A stretch of 41,450 bases of DNA from an uncultured Acidaminococcus sp. (GTDB lineage: Bacteria > Bacillota > Negativicutes > Acidaminococcales > Acidaminococcaceae). Made by a program: the position numbers and the translations under genes. A model generated the notes under the pieces. The model had not been told where the DNA came from. It worked only from the letters and a program-made list of their open reading frames with translations, and did no database searches. Below are positions 35,173 to 41,450 of this stretch, piece after piece (positions within the stretch are counted from its first letter, which is position 1; each line of letters starts with the position of its first letter). Location: NCBI GenBank assembly GCA_900770265.1, contig CAAGJR010000210.1, positions 1 through 41,450 of the forward strand, written 5' to 3'.

Positions 35173-37740
35173 TCAGGCCTCGATTCCCTCGTATTCGTAC
35201 CCGGCTTTCAGGATGGCACTCTTGAAGTCGTTTTCCGGTACCTCTTTGGATTCCTGTACCTGGACCTTGCCGGTGGTGTGGTCGGCTTTGGCGCTGATCA
35301 CCCCGTCCAGGGCCTCCAGGTTCTTCTTCACGTGGGCTTCGCAGTGGGCACACATCATGCCCTTCACGTCCAGTACCACCGTATGGCCGGCAGCTGCTGC
35401 AGCCTGGGGCCGTGCCACCTGGAACGTTGCGTTTTCCACGATGGCTTTCGCCTTGTTTTCCCGTTTCTTGTCGTGGCTGGCGTCATGCAGTTTGAACAGG
35501 TTCAGCCGCAGGGCGTTCATGCACACCGTGAAGCTGGAGATGCTCATGGCTGCAGCCCCCAGCATGGGGTTCATCTTGAAGGAATACAGACCGGCAGCGC
35601 AGGGAATCAGCAGGATGTTGTAGAAGAACGCCCAGAACAGGTTCTCGTGGATGTTCCGCACCGTGCCCCGGCTCAGCCGTACGGCAGCGGACACATCGGT
35701 CAGCTTGCTGTTCATGAGCACGATATCAGCAGAGTCGATGGCCACATCGGCCCCGGCCCCGATGGCAATGCCCAGGTCAGCACGGGTCAGGGCCGGAGCA
35801 TCGTTGATGCCGTCGCCCACCATGGCCACCGTACCAGCCTTCTGCAGCTGACGGATCACGGCTTCCTTGCCTTCCGGCAGCACCCCGGCGATGACCCGGT
35901 CCACCCCGGCCTGTCTGCCGATGGCTTCGGCCGTCCGTTCGTTATCGCCGGTGACCATGACCACTTCGATGCCCATGTTCTTCAGTTCCTGGATGGCCTT
36001 GGCCGAATCTTCCTTGATGACGTCGGCTACGGCGATCATCCCGGCCAGCTTGCCGTCCCTGGCGAACAGCAGCGGGGTCTTGCCCTGGCCGGCCAGTTCA
36101 GCGGCTTTGGCTTTCATGTCAGCGCCCACCAGCCCCAGGGATTCCAGGTAGGTCAGGCTGCCGCCCAGCAGCTTGCTGCCCTTCTGCATTACCTGCAGGC
36201 CGTTGCCCGGCAGGGCCTGGAAGTCATCCACAACATCTGCCTGCATTTTCTGGTTCCGGGCTTCTTCCACCACAGCCTTGGCCAGGGGATGTTCGGATTT
36301 CTGTTCCAGATCATAGGCCAGCTGCAGCAGGGTTTCCTTCGTATATCCATCCGCAGGGACCACGTCGGTGACCTTCGGCTGGCCTTTCGTGATGGTCCCG
36401 GTCTTGTCCAGGGCCACGATATTCACCTTGCCGGCCATTTCCAGGGACTGGGACGTCTTGAACAGGATGCCGTTCTTGGCACCCACGCCGCTGCCCACCA
36501 TGATGGCCACAGGTGTTGCCAGGCCCAGGGCACAGGGGCAGGCCACCACCAGCACGGCGATGCCGCGGCTGATGGCCTGAGCAGCCGGGATCCCGGCGAT
36601 CAGCCAGCCGATGGTGGTCAGGATGGCGATACCGATGATGGCCGGTACGAACACCGCAGACACTCTGTCGGCGATCCGGGCGATGGGGGCCTTGGTGGCG
36701 GCTGCATCGCTGACCAGTTTGATGATCTGGCTCAGGGTGGTGTCTTCCCCGACCCGGGTGGCCTGGCATTCCAGATAGCCGGACTGGTTGATGGTGGCCG
36801 TGGAGACCTTGTCCCCCGGCTTCTTGTCCACCGGCAGGCTTTCACCGGTCAGGGCACTTTCGTTCACAGCAGAAGTACCTTTGACTACCACGCCATCCAC
36901 AGGGATGTTTTCCCCGGGACGGACGGCGAAGATGTCGCCCTTCTGCACTTCATCGATGGAAACGGTGACTTCCTGGCCATCCCGGATCAGCACGGCCGTC
37001 TTGGGAGCCAGTTTCATGAGGCCCTTCAGGGCATCGGTGGTCCGGCCCTTGCTCATGGCTTCCAGCATCTTGCCCAGGGTGATCAGGGACGGAACCATGG
37101 CAGCCGTTTCAAAGTACAGCTCGTGCATGTACATATCGTTCAGTTCCACCGCCGGCGCTCCCTGAGTGGCCAGATAGGTGATCTTATAGAAGATGCCCAG
37201 AGACCACAGGAAGGAAACGGAAGAACCCAGAGCCACCAGGGTATCCATGTTGGGAGCCCCGTGGAGCAATGTCTTGAACCCGCTGGTATAGAAATCCTTG
37301 TTGATGAACATGACGATGATGGCCAGCAGCATCTGGGTCACCATCAGACCCATGATGTTCCCGTCCAGCAGGGACGGAACCGGCCAATCCAGCATGTTGT
37401 GGCCCATGGTCAGGTACATGAGCACGAACAGGAAGCCCAGGGACGTCATCAGACGGCGGCGCAGCCGGGGCGTATCGTGATCCTTCAGGGCCTCTTCATC
37501 AGCCGCCAGTTTCTCGGCGATGCCCTGTCTGGCCTGGGCAGCTCCTTTAACAGAAGCTCCATAGCCCGCATCTTCCACGGCCTTGATGATGTCCGCATCC
37601 GAGGCCGTGCCTTCCACCCCCATGCTGTTGGTCAGCAGCGAAACCGAAACGCCCTTGACGCCCGGAACACCGGCCACAGCCTTTTCCACGTGGGCCTGAC
37701 AGGAAGCACAGGTCATGCCCGTAACGATATATTGTTTCAT
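35173..37740 (-). CDS. copA: Cu(I)-translocating P1B-type ATPase with N- and C-terminal HMA domains
   Basis: [34 protein letters not shown] and C-terminal GMMCAHC. Confidence 0.95.
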   Translation of the reverse strand: MKQYIVTGMTCASCQAHVEKAVAGVPGVKGVSVSLLTNSMGVEGTASDADIIKAVEDAGYGASVKGAAQARQGIAEKLAADEEALKDHDTPRLRRRLMTSLGFLFVLMYLTMGHNMLDWPVPSLLDGNIMGLMVTQMLLAIIVMFINKDFYTSGFKTLLHGAPNMDTLVALGSSVSFLWSLGIFYKITYLATQGAPAVELNDMYMHELYFETAAMVPSLITLGKMLEAMSKGRTTDALKGLMKLAPKTAVLIRDGQEVTVSIDEVQKGDIFAVRPGENIPVDGVVVKGTSAVNESALTGESLPVDKKPGDKVSTATINQSGYLECQATRVGEDTTLSQIIKLVSDAAATKAPIARIADRVSAVFVPAIIGIAILTTIGWLIAGIPAAQAISRGIAVLVVACPCALGLATPVAIMVGSGVGAKNGILFKTSQSLEMAGKVNIVALDKTGTITKGQPKVTDVVPADGYTKETLLQLAYDLEQKSEHPLAKAVVEEARNQKMQADVVDDFQALPGNGLQVMQKGSKLLGGSLTYLESLGLVGADMKAKAAELAGQGKTPLLFARDGKLAGMIAVADVIKEDSAKAIQELKNMGIEVVMVTGDNERTAEAIGRQAGVDRVIAGVLPEGKEAVIRQLQKAGTVAMVGDGINDAPALTRADLGIAIGAGADVAIDSADIVLMNSKLTDVSAAVRLSRGTVRNIHENLFWAFFYNILLIPCAAGLYSFKMNPMLGAAAMSISSFTVCMNALRLNLFKLHDASHDKKRENKAKAIVENATFQVARPQAAAAAGHTVVLDVKGMMCAHCEAHVKKNLEALDGVISAKADHTTGKVQVQESKEVPENDFKSAILKAGYEYEGIEA

Positions 37741-37764
37741 CGTAGAAACCTCACTTTCCTTAAA

Positions 37765-37826
37765 TACCCTACCAGGGTACCCTTCTCTGTGCTTCTTATG
37801 ATACCCCCATTGGGTACAAATGTCAA
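37765..37826 (-). promoter_or_regulatory. copA promoter with two CsoR-type operators
   Basis: TTGACA-17-TATCAT on the minus strand; TACCCTACCAGGGTA (37765-37779) and TACCCCCATTGGGTA (37802-37816). Confidence 0.75.
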
Positions 37827-37845
37827 GGGGTGAGGTAGGAAATAA

Positions 37846-37880
37846 AGTGGTTAGTGGTTAGTGATTAGTGGTTAGTGGCT
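37846..37880. repeat. Heptamer array (AGTGRTT)5
   Basis: agtggtt agtggtt agtgatt agtggtt agtggct. Confidence 0.8.
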
Positions 37881-37958
37881 GGCGGCCTGGAGTCAGCCTT
37901 CCGATAATACTTATGCGGTATTATAATAATACTATCCAACTGGAATGGAGGAACTGCC

Positions 37959-38279
37959 ATGACCTATCATTTTGACAACCGGGAATACGACTGCCCCTTT
38001 GACTGTTTCATCGATATCATCAAAGGCAAATGGCGCACCAGCCTGCTGCTGGAACTGGCTTCCCATCCCTGCTATTTCAGGGAATTACAGCGGGCCCTGC
38101 CGGGAATCAGCGCCAAGGTCCTGACCGAAAATCTGCAGGTGCTGGAACGGAATCAGCTGGTCGTCCGCCGGGAGCACGCTACCCAGCCAGTCACCGTGGA
38201 ATATTCCCTGACAAAAAACGGCACCCATCTGGTGGGCGTCATGCGCCAGATCAACCAGTGGGTGGACAGCTGCTTTTAG
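37959..38279 (+). CDS. HxlR-family winged-helix regulator
   Basis: CP....DIIKGKW, ISAKVLTENL and VEYSLT motifs; GGAGG RBS. Confidence 0.92.
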   Translation: MTYHFDNREYDCPFDCFIDIIKGKWRTSLLLELASHPCYFRELQRALPGISAKVLTENLQVLERNQLVVRREHATQPVTVEYSLTKNGTHLVGVMRQINQWVDSCF

Positions 38280-38731
38280 AACATGCCGTTGCTGTTTTCC
38301 GCTTTTTCCGGGATGTCCTGGATGATATCCCAGTGCTCCACAATCTTCCCGTTCTGGATCCGGAAGATATCCATGGCAGCCTGGCCCCGGTCCGTGGCGT
38401 TCAGCTGGATGTGATTATGGATGTAGACCATATCCCCGTCGGCCCCGATGTGTTTGATCACCGCCGTAGACTGAGGATATTCCTTCAAAAACCCGGTAAT
38501 GGCCTCTTTGAAGTTGGCCTTGCTATCCTTAAAACCCGGGCTGTGCTGGGTATAGGTGTCCCCCACCATTTCATCCACCACTTTCGTGTTATGATCGTTG
38601 AACAGCTGGTTCCAGAAATATTCAGCCAGTTCCTTATTGTTCTTGAATTGGGGAGCCGCACCGGCCACTCCCGGCAGTACACCGCACAAAGCCAAGCCCA
38701 ATGCCAGGCCCAACAGTTTCTTTTTCATCAT
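38276..38731 (-). CDS. Secreted SnoaL/NTF2-like protein
   Basis: Signal peptide; YTQHSP, ADGDMV and DIFRIQNGKIVEHWD motifs. Confidence 0.88.
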   Translation of the reverse strand: MMKKKLLGLALGLALCGVLPGVAGAAPQFKNNKELAEYFWNQLFNDHNTKVVDEMVGDTYTQHSPGFKDSKANFKEAITGFLKEYPQSTAVIKHIGADGDMVYIHNHIQLNATDRGQAAMDIFRIQNGKIVEHWDIIQDIPEKAENSNGMF

Positions 38732-38826
38732 ATGATGACCTCCTTGTGGTTTCTAGAGTTAGTTTAACATAACCAAAAACAAAAGAAAAGGAGGCACCTT
38801 CAGGTAACCCCCTTCCAACACACTTT

Positions 38827-39138
38827 CTATTTTTCTACGATTTCCTCGTCCTTCACCGGCGGCTGGCCCAGCCAGCCCAGGGCTTCATTGATATCCAGGG
38901 TGATGATCCCGTCCTCCTTCACAAAGGCCGGGATGCCGATGAAGGACGTGCCGTTTGCCCCCTCCCGCACGGTCGTGAATTCCGGTTTCCGGTCCCGCAG
39001 GGTCAGGAAGGCTTTCAGGTTCGTGGTATTGGCCGTAATGTCCACCCAGTGGAACTGGTCTTCAATTCCCCGGTTTTTCAGGACCGCCAGCGTATTCCGA
39101 CAATCGATGCAGATGGTGCTTCCATATAATGTAATCAT
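38827..39138 (-). CDS. Glutaredoxin-like protein
   Basis: LYGSTICIDC, NLKAFLTLRD and IGIP motifs. Confidence 0.82.
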   Translation of the reverse strand: MITLYGSTICIDCRNTLAVLKNRGIEDQFHWVDITANTTNLKAFLTLRDRKPEFTTVREGANGTSFIGIPAFVKEDGIITLDINEALGWLGQPPVKDEEIVEK

Positions 39139-39232
39139 GGTTCAGGCTCCTTTCCAAATTTTATCAGGATTATACCATGAAAGGAAAAACCGTACTATAA
39201 TAATTCCAACATACCAAAAGGGAGGAACCCTT

Positions 39233-39796
39233 ATGACCCCAGAAACCTATCTTGCCCTCCTGGTCCGGGCAGGAAAACTGAAAACGGCGGTCCGTCACTG
39301 CTGGCTGGCCCCGGAGCGCCAGGAAAGCGTGGCAGACCACAGCTGGCGCATGGCCCTCATGGCCCTGCTGCTGACCCATGTACCGGAATTTGCCGATGTG
39401 GATCTGGACCGGGTGATCCGGCTGTGCCTGATCCACGACCTGGGAGAAGCCTTTACCGGAGACATCCCCACGTTCCAGAAGGACGCAGCCGACCGGCAGA
39501 CGGAAGATCAGGTATACCAGAAATGGCTGGCCACGTTCCCCGAAGCGGACCGGAAGGACTGGCAGGCCCTGCTGGCCGAATGGGACGCCCAGAATACAGT
39601 GGAAGCGAAAGTGGCCAAAGCCCTGGACAAGCTGGAGGCGGTGATCAGCCACAACGAATCGGATATCACCACCTGGCTGCCCCTGGAACATGACCTGCAA
39701 TACACCTACCCGGAAAAAGCGGTGGCGTTCTCTCCCTGGCTGCAGGCGTTGAAAAATCTTGTGGATAAGTGGACAAGTGAAAAAGAAAGGGTGTGA
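39233..39796 (+). CDS. HD-domain hydrolase (YfbR/HDDC2-like)
   Basis: ESVADHSW, IHDLGEAFTGD and DKLEA motifs; GGAGG RBS before ATG 39233. Confidence 0.9.
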   Translation: MTPETYLALLVRAGKLKTAVRHCWLAPERQESVADHSWRMALMALLLTHVPEFADVDLDRVIRLCLIHDLGEAFTGDIPTFQKDAADRQTEDQVYQKWLATFPEADRKDWQALLAEWDAQNTVEAKVAKALDKLEAVISHNESDITTWLPLEHDLQYTYPEKAVAFSPWLQALKNLVDKWTSEKERV

Positions 39797-39816
39797 ATTT
39801 TTTCACACCCTTTCTT
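39782..39816. terminator. Bidirectional terminator overlapping the HD gene stop
   Basis: AAAGAAAGGGTGTGAA-TTTT-TTCACACCCTTTCTTT. Confidence 0.8.
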
Positions 39817-41135
39817 TACTTCTTCTGTGCGAACAGCCAGTCACGGATGGCATCGATGTTATAAGCAAAGGACCAGGTGTACATATGGTTCCCGCCGGCG
39901 AAGACCGTGTAGTTGATCTTGCTGCCCTGGGCGGCCAGTTTCTTCACCTTCTGGTCCAGTTCGGCCACCGGTGCCTTGCTGTCCCAGGGTTCCTTGTTCT
40001 GGGCTACGGTGGCACCCAGTGCCTTCCACTTGGCCACGGCTTCGTTCATGCCCGGATAGGCCTTGTTGTCCCCTTCACAAACCGTGATCCACAGGTTCTT
40101 GTCCTTCAGGGCTTCCATCTCCGTAGTATCCCACTGACAGGCCACGAACCACTGGGCAGCAAACAGATCCGGATACCTGTCGCTGATGGCGATGTTCGTC
40201 ATCCCGCCCTGGGATTGGCCGGTACCATAGATCCGGCTGGTATCCACCGCATAATCTTTGATCACCTGCTGCAGCAGATGGGTCACCAGGGTCAGGCCAT
40301 CGGTCCACTGGTTCTTGTCCGTGGTCATCATACCCAGTTTGTCCACCATATCCTGGGTATACTGGGGGGCCAGGACGATGCTGGGATGTTTGGCCTGTTC
40401 CTCCGGGCTGGTCCACACGGTGGCGCCGTTGCCCTGGAACAGCGGGGTCTTGTCGTTGTTGATATTGGCGCTGGCATCGGCTACGAAGAACAGCAGTGGA
40501 TACTTTTTGGCAGGATCATAGTTTTCCGGCAGATACAGATTATAAGGCATGGTGTAGCCGGTGGCGGGGTCCGTATACGTATACTGTTTGAAACGGTCCA
40601 GCACCGGTTCCCGGGTTTCGTCCGCACTCAGGTCTTTCGTGATCCTGCTGAACTTCCTGCCATCAGCAGCCTTCACATCCTTTACCTGACGCACCTTCAC
40701 GGACAGATCCGGCGCCTTCCGGTCGGATTTCATGGGAGCATCCACACCCACCCCATTGTCCGGTTTCTGGTCTTTGGGTTTGTCCTTCTTATCCGGCCGG
40801 TTGGCCAGGTCGCCGTCATAGACCGTGTTCTGCTGCAGCAGATCCAGGAACACATACCGGCCGTCCCTGCCGTCGACCGTGCGGTCCTGGCTGCTGGTGG
40901 TGACACCGGAGATGGTCCGGCCCTCCACGGTGTAATCCGCCGTGGAAAGATTCTTCGCCGTCATGGCCCGGGGATACTGCAATACCACCTGGCTGGGCTT
41001 TTCTCCGTCCCCGTATACATCCGTGATCACAGTGACCTTTTCAATACCGGCGGCAGCCCAGGCAGGCTGCACCCCATTTACAAACAGCAGCCCGGTAAAA
41101 AGCCCGGCTGCCAAAAGCATTCGATTCCATTTCAT
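39816..41135 (-). CDS. Secreted alpha/beta-hydrolase (esterase/peptidase) with an N-terminal extra domain
   Basis: Signal peptide; YNLYLP, VLAPQY, GQSQGG nucleophile elbow and a C-terminal His. Confidence 0.85.
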   Translation of the reverse strand: MKWNRMLLAAGLFTGLLFVNGVQPAWAAAGIEKVTVITDVYGDGEKPSQVVLQYPRAMTAKNLSTADYTVEGRTISGVTTSSQDRTVDGRDGRYVFLDLLQQNTVYDGDLANRPDKKDKPKDQKPDNGVGVDAPMKSDRKAPDLSVKVRQVKDVKAADGRKFSRITKDLSADETREPVLDRFKQYTYTDPATGYTMPYNLYLPENYDPAKKYPLLFFVADASANINNDKTPLFQGNGATVWTSPEEQAKHPSIVLAPQYTQDMVDKLGMMTTDKNQWTDGLTLVTHLLQQVIKDYAVDTSRIYGTGQSQGGMTNIAISDRYPDLFAAQWFVACQWDTTEMEALKDKNLWITVCEGDNKAYPGMNEAVAKWKALGATVAQNKEPWDSKAPVAELDQKVKKLAAQGSKINYTVFAGGNHMYTWSFAYNIDAIRDWLFAQKK

Positions 41136-41252
41136 GTTCTATACGCTCCTTATACCTTTTGGGTTCCTAACTATCCAAAAGGGTACTAACAGCTCATGAA
41201 ATAAAAATGAAATCGTCAGTAACAAATTGTGACAAAAAGCAGAAGCCAAGAA

Positions 41253-41450
41253 AGGGCGCACCGGGCGATATGTTGCCTGCCCTGCACACTTCGGTCGAAG
41301 TCTACGTTTCTTGGCGGGCGCACCGGGCGGGATCGCTCCGCAACCCTTGGTGCGCCCCTACGGAGATACGGAGTATAATCGATTGTCCGCTGCTGCACCG
41401 TAGGGGCTTACCAAGACCGGCGCAAGCCGTGTCGCCCGGTAAGCCCGTCC
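41253..41450. repeat. Partial REP plus a doublet of long-form GTAG-REP-like elements (41313-41361 -, 41400-41450 +)
   Basis: Same architecture as 7832-7960; a half copy GGGCGCACCGGGCGA lies at about 41253-41270. Confidence 0.85.

Noticed and set aside
39791..39808. TGTGAA-N4-TTCACA as a Rex or CRP site
   Set aside because: It lies between convergent gene ends inside a longer terminator stem, and sister hairpins have variable spacing.

Overview
A GC-rich bacterial chromosomal window. Gene content and codon style suggest an anaerobic Firmicute of the Negativicutes (Acidaminococcus-like); this is inference. Most of it is housekeeping or metabolic: nitroreductase, map, DUF368, feoA-feoA-feoB, an acyl-CoA dehydrogenase-EtfA-rubredoxin fusion with a flavodiiron protein, tsaE-tsaB-rimI-tsaD, pckA, glutamine synthetase, a pepV/dipeptide epimerase/DUF819 cluster divergent from a serine hydrolase, S1-tilS-hpt-ftsH-birA-bioY-coaX-dusB, copA and a few small accessory genes. 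An Rpn/YhgA-like nuclease gene lies at the left end. I found no rRNA, tRNA, CRISPR array or intact IS. The most unusual signal is intergenic. (i) At least 12 GTAG-tagged REP-like palindromes, including a long form whose nested stems covary between copies. (ii) A heptamer-repeat (GTCACTA)n plus hairpin module that recurs in one orientation just 3' of gene-end hairpins. (iii) A ~158-nt G.U-containing rod hairpin carried between two REPs. (iv) A promoter-hairpin-terminator leader upstream of a putative murein-peptide salvage operon. The Rpn gene also has a likely nested C-terminal antitoxin start. All family assignments are by motif recognition; no database searches were run.
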